Position numbers and translations under genes: made by a program. Under the pieces are notes generated by a model. The model worked only from the letters and a program-made list of their open reading frames with translations. It was not told the DNA's origin and searched no databases. DNA of 64,000 bases from Chrysomallon squamiferum (lineage: Eukaryota > Animalia > Mollusca), in the NCBI GenBank assembly GCA_012295275.1, contig CM022665.1, positions 40,796,001 to 40,860,000 of the forward strand. The letters are read 5' to 3'. Below, piece by piece: positions 27,788 to 42,915 of the stretch (the stretch's first letter is position 1; each line of letters starts with the position of its first letter).

Positions 27788-30700
27788 ATTTTTAAAATGT
27801 TTTTAGCTTGTAAATGTTATGAGAAATAGTTTATCATTCCAGGCTATTGCACAGTAATAATCAACTATTTTAAATATGATTTATCTCCTGAAGGTTCGAG
27901 CAGATCCTTAATGGGTGTAAAATCCAAGAAACAGAGTTGTATGGTTAGGAGGCTGTCACTGCCAAAGAATTAGCGAGAAGAGATTACAGTAAGACTTAAC
28001 ATTTGGCCCATATGATGCCAGTTCTTGACCAGAGATGGGCCACCTTTGGTAAGCAATCCTGGTACCTGGACGACATAAGGAATCACTTGATATACCAGCA
28101 CTTGATAATACAACAACAACAACAACAACAACAATCATCATCATCATCATTTTAATACAAAAATTTCAAAAAAAATGAAAACCAAATGGCCTTTAGCTAG
28201 GATTTAACACTGAGGTTGATGGAACATGAAGCAAATGTATTATAATTGTTATTTCTAGCATCCTAGATATTGTGACAGTTTGAAACTTGAGTCACAAGTC
28301 ATGACCTTTATCTCAATTAAATCAAAGTGTGAATCAGTTGCAATCTGAGTGAATAATGACAAGCAGAGGGCATTCCATGACAGGAAATGCAAGGTCAGCC
28401 ATGATGGGGTCAAAGGTTATAGACACTGCTCTTTAAAACATGACAGGAGGAAGCAAGAAAACTTTTTTTTTTTTTTTACTAATTGTCTTGATTTTACAGT
28501 AACATCAGAAATAAATTAATTAATTAAAAAAGGAAAACAAATTTTTTTGGATAACATGATCCTGTTTAACAAAAACTACAAAAGTAAATAAATGATAATA
28601 AGAAAAAAAACCTAAAAATTAATTTCTTTTTATAACAAATGATTTTCCTTATCTAATAAAAACTTCTCTGTCATCATCAGCAGCAATAACAACATCAAAT
28701 ACCAAATTCACATATAACGAATACCAAAACCAGTCAACTCTCTAAACATATTGACAAATAAATAAAAAATTGCATTATTCCTGTTTGTTGTTGGGCCATT
28801 TTCTAATTTCCAGATTACTGCCGATTAACGAGATGAAAGGTGTATACTGGAGTAATCAAACACTTGTAAATCCACTGTAGAAACCTCTCTGTATCTGGGC
28901 AGCAATTCAATAACTGAAGCCAGTGGCAGAAATAAATGAAATCTCTACACAAACTTAAGTCGAGGTCAAATCCGTTGCGATCAGACCAGCAATGGAAAAG
29001 AAAGACATTAGGGGATTATTTTGTAATAATGCTGTCAGGGTACTATTGATAAGGGCCTCTTGAACAGGCTCATATTTTATTGATAATGGAGGAAAAGAGA
29101 TGATCTAATGATAACAGTGCATGCAAGCAAAACTGGGCAATCTTGTAAGAAACCAAAAAAAAAAGTTGGAGATGAAGAAAAAAACTAAATCTTTGCAGAT
29201 AACAGCAGAAAAAGAAGAATAAAACAATTCTTGCTGATAACAGAAGAAGAAAAAATATAACAAAATCCTTGCACTGAATAATTCTCTTTAAATCCTGTTT
29301 CAACTTCATTTTTTTTTTTATAAATGTTTTTGAAGTATGAATTGCAAAGTGGACCAACAAATAATTTTGAGGATCAACAAATAATGTTTAGAATTTTTTT
29401 TATTATTATTAATATTTTCCTTTTTTTCTTTTTTTTCACAAACACAAATAGCAATGAACAATTGAAAACCACAATCAATAATTAAAGTACAACCTCATAT
29501 GAAGAAGTGTTTGAAACCATAGTATCATATTTCTAAAACTTTTTCATTTAAAATATTTTTTTTTATATAATAATGATAAGGATAAATAATATTTTAGGAA
29601 ACTGAAAATTACCATTTTCTCAACTATTAAAAAGGGTGTTTGCATAAACTGGTCAAACTGACTTTTCACTGGATTTTAGAGAAATGACAAATAAATAACA
29701 CACACAGCTACAAATACATCAGTTTACAGACATACACACGTAAACCTAGACGCAATTTGTCTATTATGTGTGTATATGGGTGTATGTGGCAGTAAATAGA
29801 TTTTGTAAAACATTTTAACTGCACTGGCATCAGTAACAACTGTGACTTTAGTTCAACTTGGGCACAAACTTTACTCAGATTTCATAGTTCACTAATAGCA
29901 CATGAACTCATAAATATCTGCAGATATATCATTTTACGTTTTTTAACATCTTGTATGACACTCCAGGGAAAGAAAGATTTAGGTGTTTGATTTTTAGGAG
30001 ATTGAGGTTAGTTACTTTTTTTTTTTAAAGTTTTAATTTTCTTTTTTTTTAAATTTTAATACTATTTGTAGAATTTAATTCTTTTGCAAGATAACTATTA
30101 AAAATAAATGCCAGTATTGCATGAGTGTTTGTTTGATTAACATAATGATGAATACTTCAGAGACTCTTTATTTTTATGTTTTCTTAAAGTATTTTTCTGT
30201 ATTAAAATGGCAAAGACTGAGTTTTTAAACCCTAGTTCCATATGCATGTTGTTTTTTGTTGTTGTTTTTTATCACTTTATTTACCATCTTATTCACATTA
30301 TAGAACTTGTAACAGCTTATTCATTGACAAAATGATGATGCTATTATATGCTTGCAGTATACATAAACACATATTCACACATACACACAACAAAAACGAT
30401 ACAACAATACATGCATACATACATACATCACATTCATAGAAAAACACAAATGTTTAACACACACACACACAAGCGTGTATATATACATATACATATATAT
30501 ATATTATCCTTTCTTCTCTAGTATTTACACTCTTCCTGTGAAACCTCTTTAATGATATACACCAGCTCAGTGGTGTTTTTCACCCACATATCTCTGACAT
30601 AACACCTCGCCTGTATTACACTGGTTGGGATTATTTAATGCCATAAGCTATCTGCATGGGGGCCCGTGGAAACATGCCAACAACAACAAGGACTAAGAGG

Positions 30701-32457
30701 GCAGTTTTGACAGGCGTGTCAAAACAAAACCTGCCTCATTAATTAGACACAATCAGACCAGTTGATTCCTGACTACTGCAGAGTGTTTGCTGATCAGACT
30801 AGTGCAGCATGCAGAGCGGCAGAGTCAGGTATTATCAGTGGAGACTTTTGGGCTCTTGAGTCTGTCAAAACGGATTGGCGTCAGAAACATAATTAGTTCA
30901 GTTTGGCTGGGACCATTAAAGTACATGATTATTAAGTATTTAAAAACAGGCTCTGGTAGCTTAGGGAACAGAATACTTGTGTGAGTTTAAAAACCCCAAT
31001 TTGGATTAAATTGTTGTATTTTCGGTTTTCCAAATTGTTCAATTTGGATGCCGAAAGTACTAATCAAGAAAATGATTTTCACAATAAGGGTTCTTATTTA
31101 ATGTTGTAGAAAATAATTGTTATAATGAATAAGCATTAATGTTGGCATTCAAATAAATAAAAAGGAAAAATGGCTGACCACATTAATGAAAGATGCTATT
31201 TTATTTATTTACTATCATTTTTAGACAGTTTAATAACTACTTGGTCCATGATTTTGATTTGAAAAATGAATAATATACTGTGCATTTCATTTCAGTAATG
31301 GTTCTTTCATAAAATAATTTGGTAAATTTGGCCAAAAATACTTCTATTTGAGAATTTAAATTACCCACATAAAAATGTCTCTGTGGTTAGTATTTAAAAA
31401 AAAATACATATCTGGATACAAAACAATAACTTGTCATATACAGTAACAGATGTGTATGCATCTTAAAAACAGGCCTTATGGTGTGAAAAAGCTATTAGAA
31501 CATATACAGGCCTGCCTGCTTACACTAATGAAAGGCATACATAAATATAGGCTACAAAAAGACCTTTCACTCAGTGTGCAAAAACGACTATATATAAAAA
31601 TGGCTTACTGGGTAATGCTATACCATAATATGAAGTATGTGCTGTGTGAAAAATGGGCTGTTAGCTTTAAATATGGAAATCACATGTCAGTTAAAGAAAT
31701 GTGCTAGTTTACTGCAGGAAGAAGCATGTGTGTTTTAAAATGGAAGGATATCTTAATCACATCATCTTCAAGATAAATGTTTTGATGGTTGTGTAATAAC
31801 ACTAAGCTGGCTGGATGTAAACAAGACTTGTCAAAGTGAAGTGTTGTGTAAATACTTGTACACAGGGAGGAAATTAAAAACAGAAAGGAAAAAAAAAAAT
31901 GTAAAATTTGAAATGGGAATGGTAATAGATTAAAAGTAATAAGTAAATGGTGATAAATTAGAAATCATAAGTAATGAATAATAATAAATGCAAATAATAA
32001 TTTAAAAAAATGTATAAGAAAAATTATAACAAATAAATTTAAATTTAATAAAGTAATATTAAAACCTCCAAATGATAATTACAGTTCTGAAATATAGGTA
32101 ATTAATCTGCATTTTAAATAAATAAATAAAAGCTGTATAAATTAAGGTGCCATTGCTTTTTAAAATTAAAATTAAAACAAATCTTTTACAATTACAGTTT
32201 TTACACTCTATCATATAGATTAAAAACTGGAGTAGGAATGAAAAAAAGAAGAAAACAAAAATTATATATGCACTCAAAACAAACAGGAACATAATTAATC
32301 AATCATGTTGTTAATACGTTTCAACTTACTAAGAAAATACTCAGAAACCCAAAAATAGAAAATTATACTTTTTTTTTATTTTTTATAATTTTTGAAATTT
32401 TATTATTATTTATTATTTTGTTTTTTGTTGTTGTTGTTAATGAAAATATTTATCATT

Positions 32458-32499
<42 letters not shown>

Positions 32500-33312
32500 T
32501 GAATGAGGTACAGTTGAAAACAACATTCATGTAATAATGGAGAACATTATGAAATGATATATTTATAACCAATGAAAATGAAAATGATGCTGAAAACTAT
32601 TATTAGGGAAAATGATACCTTGAAAACAAGGTTAATACAAACAACGAAAAGAAAAAAAATTAATATAATAATAATGATGATAATGCTAAAAATAATAATA
32701 TAATATAATAATAATGTTGAAAAGAAAATTAATTATAAAATGGTGACAATGAATGTTGACAACATTAATATTTATAAAATAACAATGATGGCAGTTGTAC
32801 TCACTAAATATTTTTTTAATTTCCCATTAATAATGAACATGCATACAAAATACAGGGTCATGCACTTAAGCATTTGAATCATAAAAATTTACCAAGACAC
32901 TGAGATATTAAAAAACAAAAATAATAATAATACAGTTTTTTAAATTCTTAATACATCAAACTAGCATTTAACAAAAGATTTATTGATTCAGTGCTAACAA
33001 GTGCAGAATTATTAAGATTAAACTTGGTGTAAAAAAGCTGCTTCCATGCAGGTACACAGATATAAGATATATCGCAAGTAAGCATTAATTATTTTCTTAT
33101 CTATGGATGTTAGTTGAATATTATAGAAAAATCAGGCACTGAATATTAATTTTGTAATCAGTTTTATTTTTTTTAGCATTAATATATTTAATATATATTC
33201 AGATAACAGAAATAAACAAAAAAATTTAAAATAATAGTATCAATGAAAACAATATATATATATTTCTTAATTTTTAATTTTTTCAACTGGAAAAAAACCA
33301 AACATTTCTTTA

Positions 33313-33355
<43 letters not shown>

Positions 33356-34000
33356 TACAGATAACAGCCAAAAAAAATAAAAAAATAACAATGTGAAAAT
33401 ATTCATATTCAATAAAAATAACAGGACAACATTTGTCAGTGATTTTCTAACAACTTATTACTTTGAATTCCCAAATAAAAATTTCATTATCTTTTTTTTT
33501 TTTTTTTTACATAAGACCAAGACACTGCTGAAACAAACAAACCTTAAAAACTCAAAATCAACATTTTCCATTATGATATGATTTTGTAGCAGTCATGTCC
33601 ACAAAAATTTGCATACTGAAATTTTTTTTGTTTCTAAATATTACCATATTATATAACTTCATGTTTACACAATATACTTGAACACTATTGTAAGAAACAG
33701 TGTCAGAAATGTGACAGATATTGAAAGCTAGACAATTGGTGCTGTTTTCCATATGTTGATGACTATTACAACAATGAACTGCAGATGGTGTGATGTGAAA
33801 ATGTCTGTGGCATACAAGACACAAGTATAACAATCATGACTTTTAGCTGTTAAAGAAAACTTACCATAATGTAATCTGCCTTTCCTTTTGAAGCTAAGGA
33901 TCAGACAAGTCTATTTAATTTATTTATTCAGCTTATTTATAAAGTTTGGGTACAGAATTTAAAAAAATGATTTTAGATTTATTATTATGTATTTATTATC

Positions 34001-34053
<53 letters not shown>

Positions 34054-35563
34054 CATTATTATTAGAATGTAATTTTTTTTATTTATATTTTTGTACAAAT
34101 GAACATTTTTAATTCTTATAAATATGCACATATTATTTATGCACAACTTATAAATTAAACATAATTAAAATAACTTGTTAATTTTTTTTTAAATTATTTA
34201 TTATTATTATTACAGAATTGATTTTAAACAACTATAGTTTTTATACAGCTATGTAATAAAAATATATAACATTTGTTTTAAAATGGTAACCAGATTACTA
34301 ACATTTATGGTAGCTCTGTTTTGAAAGGGATTCTGAAAGAAATATCCTTTAAAATTATTAAAATATTTTCAGTGGGGATTTAAACAAAGAATTAATTAAC
34401 TATCACAACAGAAATCAACATTCTGATTATTAAAATCACTTTGTTAAAATAATTATGATAAAAGCAGAATTTTTTTTTTGGGGGTGTTTTCCCACCTAAA
34501 TTAATGATACAAGCATTTCTCTTGTTATCTTAACACACTCTCATAAAACACACACACACAGTCACACACTCTAAAGAGATTTAACTCACCTTTGTGATTC
34601 CATATAATCACAGTACTGTCTGAACATCCTGAAGCAATCACCTTTTTATTGTACACCATGCAATACTGAAATTACAATGTGTTTTTTTTCATGTCATAAT
34701 GTACACTGGTATAGCCATTACAGTCAGAATTTAAATATATTATAAATATGTTTTAATATTTTAAGTAGTAAGCTGAATGTCTAGGACCGTAATGTGATTT
34801 GGCACAGTTATATAATTATATAATTATAACTATATTTTTTGCACAAAATAATGACAGTAATAATAATAATAATAATAATATTAAATTACAATATTTACTA
34901 TATATTTATAACCAATAATTTACTTAATATAATCATTTGTAGAAATGATAAGAAAACAAAAAAGCAGAATTAAAATCTTGAATTTTAAACAAATAATTTT
35001 AAACCCAAACAGGAACAAAAAAAATTATTGCATTCACTTTTTTTGGAAAGGGTTTTCAATCAAATATTGAAGTAAAAAAACTCAAAAAAGAAGAAATAAA
35101 AACTTTATGAAAAAAAAAAACTTTTAAAAAGTATTAAAATATTCCCAAAAAACAGAAAGCAAAACGGCATATTTCAAACTGGCATTTGAAAAAAGCAAAA
35201 CGATAATTTTATTCTGTTTTGACACGGCCATAAACAACATAGACAAATATATCACTTTTTTCTCCCACTCAAGCAGCTTCTGATTGTGGAAGGAAGCCAC
35301 TTCTCATGATAACATTATTCCAAAAGGAAGCAATACATAACTGAAGAGTTCACAAGGGGCAGTAAATCTAACAGTGCCAGCTAATTGGAGTGCACTGCCC
35401 TGTAAATCCACATAGCTTCAGTCAGCTTCTTTCTTCACCTGCTCAGAGCCCGTAAGAAAAATGGCCAATTACTAAGACGAAAATTGCATTAATTTGGCTT
35501 CTTCTTTCAGCTGGTGGCAAGTTTTTCTTATTATTTTGTAAGTGGAGAAAGTATGAATTTTGC

Positions 35564-35633
<70 letters not shown>

Positions 35634-35682
35634 TAAAAGCGTACGAAGTTAAGTCCAGGGTGTTCACACATTACTTTATGAG

Positions 35683-35745
<63 letters not shown>

Positions 35746-37121
35746 GTAATGCAATGGCTGTTACCAAGTAAATTATTTAAACAATAATAAATATTTACCT
35801 AAGCGTTATGCTTGGCAAATTTTCCTGTTCCAGCCATGACAATATATCAGTTATATATGTATACATGCTATACACAAGCATAAATATGTATTATATATAT
35901 TATATAGGAATACATTCATACATATATAGACAAGCAACATATGCACACAAATATATACACAAACACATGCATATACATTTGTAACTATGCTCATGCACAC
36001 TCCCTAAGTAATGACTCACCACTTCCCCCTCGTGGCCAACAAGTACATTGGTGCATTCCCCTGATCTCACACTCCATATTCTTAACTGTCCATCAGCACT
36101 GCCACTGACTATCTTCTGGTCATCAAATTGACAGCAAGTAATCACTGAAATGGTCAATAATTAATTTAAATTCTTTTTCTTTTTTTTTTCTTTTTTTTTT
36201 TTTAAGATTCCAGACAAACCAGAAAAAACACAAAAAAAAACAAAAACAGAATCAACAACTCAACTGTCAGTGAATTATTTCAGTTCTACAAATTCTTATC
36301 ATAGCATAGCATCATAGGAATATGATATTTCATTTTTTTTTTAAATAAAATAAAAAACATAAATAAACTATAAAGAAGAAAATATTATTTTCATAATGTC
36401 CCCACAGAAACTAAATAGAGTTCATTTAAGTAAAAAACAACAAACAAACACCATTTGCATTCTTGAATTTATATCCATATTGGTCTGGGGAATATCTGAG
36501 ATAGGGAACAATTAAAAAGTATTCTTTTAGTTTTTCATACAGTTCTTTTTAAAAGTAAGATACAAGCATATCTTTTAAAATGCTTCATATCTAAACTGAA
36601 AACATGCCACCTTGATCATAAAGCTATTGGCATTATAGACTAATGGATACCAGTATCACCTCCAACAATCAGTTCCAATCCATTCTGGTTTTTAAGATAA
36701 CTAACCATCTCTAATTTCTAATTCTTAAACAAATTTTTTTCATATATATATATATATAATCTGTACTGACATAAAGATGTGTACATACATAAGCATGCAC
36801 ACTGTCATAAATACATATTTAAAATTCACATATACATTATTAACTAGCATATATCTATATCTCTATTATAAATGACTGTTTATATTTTTTTTTTGCTGGC
36901 AAAAATGTAGATTTTTTTTTTTTTTTTTTTCTACCACTGAAAATAAATCTTCATGTGGACGAAAAGGCAGCCGTCACATTAGCTGGTGAAAGAGAAATTA
37001 ACAGTGGCAGGTTTGCTGCTAGATAATGATTCTACTGACATAACTCTGACAGATTTCAATCAAACTCATGACATAAAGCATCCCACTGCCACTCTCTGGT
37101 ACATAATTATATCCAGACAGG

Positions 37122-37152
<31 letters not shown>

Positions 37153-40100
37153 GTAAAGTATAAAGAAGAATCAGACAATGTCTTAGTACAGAAAAAAAAA
37201 AAAAAAATTATTATTATTGCCAGGGATGTGTTTAAATGGTAAAAAGGTATGTTGGAATGTCTAATTATAAATACCAGGTTTAAGGGTTTTTTTTTTTTCA
37301 TTTTTGTTTGTTTTTCATTTTAAATTTCAATTTGAATGAGTGTGAGTGTGTGAGAGAGAGAGAGAAGGAAAGGAGGGTTCATAATGATTTCTTCTCTCCA
37401 AAGTTAAAGGGATTGGTTAAAGGGATTTCATCTCAGCACCTACCAAAGCCTGGGTTATCTGGCTAAGACAATGATAATGTTAGATGATTAGTTAAAATGA
37501 AAAGATGATAAAGAGGTCTTATATCAACACTTAGTTCTGAATACATGTCAAAACCTGGATTTAATCCTGACATCTTCCAATCTTAAGAGCAGTGCTTATC
37601 AATACCCTAAGTTAAGATTCTGTACAGTATTGTCCTTAGAACAATGTACATGGACATCAAGATATTAACATTAAAAACTTTCTCCTTTCTTCCAGTACAC
37701 TGCAAACTTTTCCTGCTGGGAATTATGTTCCCAATACAGTACTTGCTGGCTACAAATTTGACATTTGAAAGACAACGAAAGACTAATTTGGGGAAGCAAG
37801 ACAGCTGCAAGAGATTAAAATAAATATATTTGCATTACTGAACTATGACTTGAACAATTAGTGTCAAAGATGAATGATGGAAAGCACTGGATTGTATCAC
37901 CCAGTGCATCCAACGGACCTGACAGATACTTTGTGTAATACGCAAGTTATTACATTATCATCAAATACACAGCATCTGTCTTTTGTCACAAATGTGGATC
38001 ATGTTATTTTGTTGTTGTTTTGGGAGGTTTTTCTGGGTTATATAAAAAAAAAGGCTTTACAATTTAACAACTTAATAATAGAAATGTTTTGAATGTAGCC
38101 GATATAAATTACAAATGTCTGGAATTTTATAATAACTTTATGGGTCACGATAACTGATAAAAATTAAGGTAGGGTGATAAAGGTAAAGACTGGTGATTGG
38201 TCTATAATAAAATTTAATGCATCAGTGACTGGTGTAAAATAAGAATACATTAATGACTGGACAAAATAAAAATAAAATTTCAGTGATTAGTCTATAATAA
38301 GAATGAACTATTAGTGGTCTATAATAAGATTTATTATCTTAAGATTTAATGTCAAAATTATTCACTAAACAAATATAAATTTTAATTTACAGAATCCATT
38401 TTTTAAAATTATATTAATTTTAGAATGGGTTGTTCTAAAACATGTATATGTGTGTTGTATATGTATACAATATGTATTTGGATCATTAATTTAATATAGG
38501 CCTAAATGTGTAAAAAGTTTAAAATTTTTAATGTTGTATGCAATTGAAAGTGATATTAAATCCTACATTTTAATCTACTTAGTCAAAAAATCTGAAAAGA
38601 AACTATTGTTAGACAATTTAAAGATGGATTTAATTTAAAATAATAATAATAATCAATAAGAAAATGTTTTTAAAAGTTACTTCAGATATATATATATAGC
38701 CTTAAGCAACAAATTTAAATTTATGAATACATTTCTTTTCTATTTGTCTTTTTGATCATGTCACCATTTTGAGTTTTTAACATCGACATCTACATAATTC
38801 TCATAGTAAACAGTTATTTGAATAACTGTATGATATTAAAATTTATACTATTATTACTGTAAAAAATATGAAAGCTGCAAAGGGTGGTGCCTTTTTTTGC
38901 CACTTGATGTATTTGTGTGTATCTGTGATTACATGCATATATATATATACATATATGTATAAAATACTACTGACAAAGCTGTGATGCAATCAGCCATATC
39001 TAAAAAACCCAACTAAAATCTAAAATTAGAAACAATAAATCCCATTGTGCGGGAAAAAAAAAAAAAAAATAATAATAATAACCACTCAGAAACAGAACAG
39101 TAAAAACAAAATCTATATTAAATTTTGATTTTAAAAAAATCCATTCTACCATTTGTGAGAAAAACAAGATGCTGTCCCTGGAGTTTTATGAAAAGATATT
39201 AATTTTCTGTCATTTTTTTTTCTTTCTCTCCCCTAAAAACTTGATATGTCCCACATGAAAACAATTTGAACCAAAGATGAAAAATAGGAAATTAAATTTC
39301 CCCATACCTGTTATTAAAGTAAAAACATAATTCTCATACAATATAGCAAAAAGTTGTCAGCTTCCTTTTCCAGGCAGATGTTGGTGAAATTTAATACATT
39401 TTGCTTTTGCTAAGAACAGGGTAATCATATTGTGCAACCCGATACTTTCCACAGCCATTAATAATTGATCATGCCTTTGTGAATGGAGAATTTATCAGTG
39501 GTAATGTCTGACACTGGGAGCCGATAAACACCACGTTTGATGAAAAATTGGTGTTGTTGGACAGTGGAAAGAAAAGAAAATTAAAATAACAAATTTTAAG
39601 ATGAATGTCTGCCAGAGTTTTGAAAAGTAATGAATACATGAGATCACGTGTTTGAATTGATTGGGAATAAACAAAATGTTATCTAGAGGTCATGAATCAA
39701 TCTCTCCATTTCTTTGTATCTCTCACCCTCTTTTTATATCTCTCTCTTTCTCTCAAATATACTGGGGTTTTGGTGGGTTTTTTTTTATAGAAAATATAGT
39801 CTAGAAAATATTAATTTTATTGGTCTTTCTGTGTTTGTGTTTTTAATATGTATCTGTGTATATGTATGTGTGTATATGTATGTTTGTATATATATGTGTA
39901 TATATGTGTGTATGAATGTGTATCAAATTATATGTATGTTTTGTGTGTATATATGCACATATTTTTGTTTATATGTATAAATATATAATGTATGCATATA
40001 TATATCTCTGTATTTATACATATATATGTAAGATAAAATAGGTTTCCATCATAAAAAGCTTGCCTGCATAGACCAAATCAAGTTGTGAGTTTTGATAAGA

Positions 40101-42873
40101 TAAGATGTGTATTTTGAAATTTTTATTACAGAACAGCCAGCCAATGTGATAACTAACATCCTAAATTCAAGAAAATATGCAAAAAAGAGAATCCAACATA
40201 CATAGATATTCAAACAAATTTTTTCTTTAATTTTTTCTTTTTGTTTTGTATCATCTTTGTTTTATTTACTGAAATGTATTTAAAATAAATAGACACTGTA
40301 CATATATATAGATATATATAAAACACATACATCAAGAATAACTCACAGATGTATTGTTAGATATGTAGACATTAGGGAACAGTTAAACTTTTATGTGCAC
40401 TTAAGTGCTTATAAAATACTAATTAGTGTATCACTTTAGTTATAATGATTTCAAACAATCTGTTTCACTGTTTTGTTGGTCGTTATAATTTTTCTGTGAA
40501 GTCATTGGTAGCTTAGTCTTTGTAGATTTTTTAAAATTGCGATACCAGAATACTCAGTTTTTGTAGTAGTTTTCAATTTTTAACAAAAATCCTTTTGAGT
40601 TTAATATTAAATATTTTATTTAGTTTGCAATAGCATTTGTCATAACCAATTAAAAAAAAAAAAGAAAAAAAAAAGACATTCTAACCTTCACTGTGGCCTG
40701 TATAATGGTGGATGAGTTCACCAGTGTAAATATTCCATAAAACCAGACTGTTATCCCATGACCCAGACACTACACAGTTTCCATAGGAACTGATACACTG
40801 AAACAAAAATACACACAAAAATAATCTTTTACCTAAACTGGTGTCTATTAATTAATACTTGCACTGTAAGTTTTTGGGATCATATTCTTCAGCATAAACA
40901 CTAGATATTTATTGTTACAAAACATTAAAATAAATAGTATCAGCAGTCTAAATTTAAGCATGAAACTTGTTAAATTGTTTTTACTGAAATCCTATTTTAA
41001 TAATATATCGTTCAGGCTTTAAACAAAAATAATGTCCTTCAAGATATACACTTACTATTACAAAATATTAAATATACACTACCATCTCTAGTTCAAACAA
41101 GGAGACAGGAAATTATAATTATTTTTTCATTAAGGTCCTTATTATCTGTCAGAAATGTATATTTTTGAATTCTTCATAGGTATCATATTTATTTTATTTC
41201 ATTTGATATATCAGTACTTATTTAAACAAAAACACACCATGTTATTTAAAACTTCATTTTTGTAATTTTCACAAAAAATAATGAAGAATTATTACAGGCT
41301 GATCATCCCTTATCTGAAATGCTTAGGGCTGGACGTGTTTCAAATTTTGGAGTAAAAGGATATAGCTTTAAAATATGATAAAAATCTAAACAAACTCATG
41401 CTTTATATATAACTTGTACAGATAGGTTTCAGTTATTTTTTATAATATTTTTAATAAATGTGTGCATGAAATAAGGTTTGTGAATGCCACATCTATCATA
41501 AAATTGTAATTTATCACAATCTTGACTGCTCAAAAAGGTTTCAGATTTTGGAGCTTTCAGATTTAACCATTTTGGAGTTTTGTTCCTAATAAAATCTGAA
41601 GAAAATACTTACTTCAATTTCATCAGTATGTTGTCTTAAAACATGTTTTAATTTTTTCTCAGCTAGAGACCAAACTCGAACAGTCCTAATTCAAAGAGTA
41701 AAAAAAAAAGCAAACAAAAATATTAATAATAATAATTTAACCAAATTAATTTCATGATTATAAATAACACTTCAAATTTTTTATCTTTGTAACAAATAAT
41801 TTTGCTCTCTATTAAAATCATGTCATTTAGAAATATTACATCATTTTCATTTCCAATCAGGAAAATGAGTAACTATGTCACTGTTTTGTCACAAATGTTT
41901 ATTATTTTCTCAAAAGCCTTTCGAAATAATATTTAGTTTGCAAAAACACTTGAGTATATATTTTTTTTAAATTTATTTATCATATTTTTATTTCTGTTTA
42001 TCAGTCTATTGTTTGGTCTATGGCAGTGCAGAACTATCTCAGTTAGCAAGGTAACAGAAAATTACCTGTCAGACCCAGCACTGACAATCAGGTCTCCCAT
42101 TAAAGCAATGTGGTCCACACTTCCACTGTGTCCTTGGAATGAATGAATCATTTTCCCTGTTGTTGCATCCAGAACTCTGATACTGCTATCAGCACACCCG
42201 GTCACTATCATGTTACCCTGAAACAGTTAACCATTTTTCCTTATTCTGTTATCTTCAGATTTTTATTCTCATTTTTTCTGTCTCTTTCATTCTTATTCTT
42301 CCATTTCCCCCCCCCCTCTCTCTCTCTCTTAACAATAATGTATTTTGAAAATTCTCAGTTTTAGAACAATTAGATATATAAATATATAAAATATCCCCAA
42401 AAGCATATTATTATATTGTTAAACTTTTTTTTATCAAAGAGTGGTATCTAGTAACAAACTACAGTCACACAGTAACATATAAAATTTGTTGCTCAATCAG
42501 ACATAAAGAAAACAGAAAGATCGTTCCACTTAAGATTATTTCACAGCGAGCTCAAACATTCTAACATTGAGCCCATAAACTGAAATATCTTAACATTGAG
42601 GTTAAAATTTAAATATAATAATATCAAGTGAAATATTTTAACAAATTTACCTTCAGTTTGACAGCTGTAACTGTGTCTGAGTGGACCATTATCCTTCGAA
42701 TAGAGTTACAAGTCTTAATGTCCCACACTTGCAGTCGTTTATCTTCACTGCCACTCACTATAATTCTGTCTGAAATCAATCAATTCTATTTTTTATTTTT
42801 TATTGCAAAAATGTTATTACTATTATCATCACTATCATTATTGTTGTAGTTGTTATTATTTTTATTATGATTA

Positions 42874-42915
<42 letters not shown>

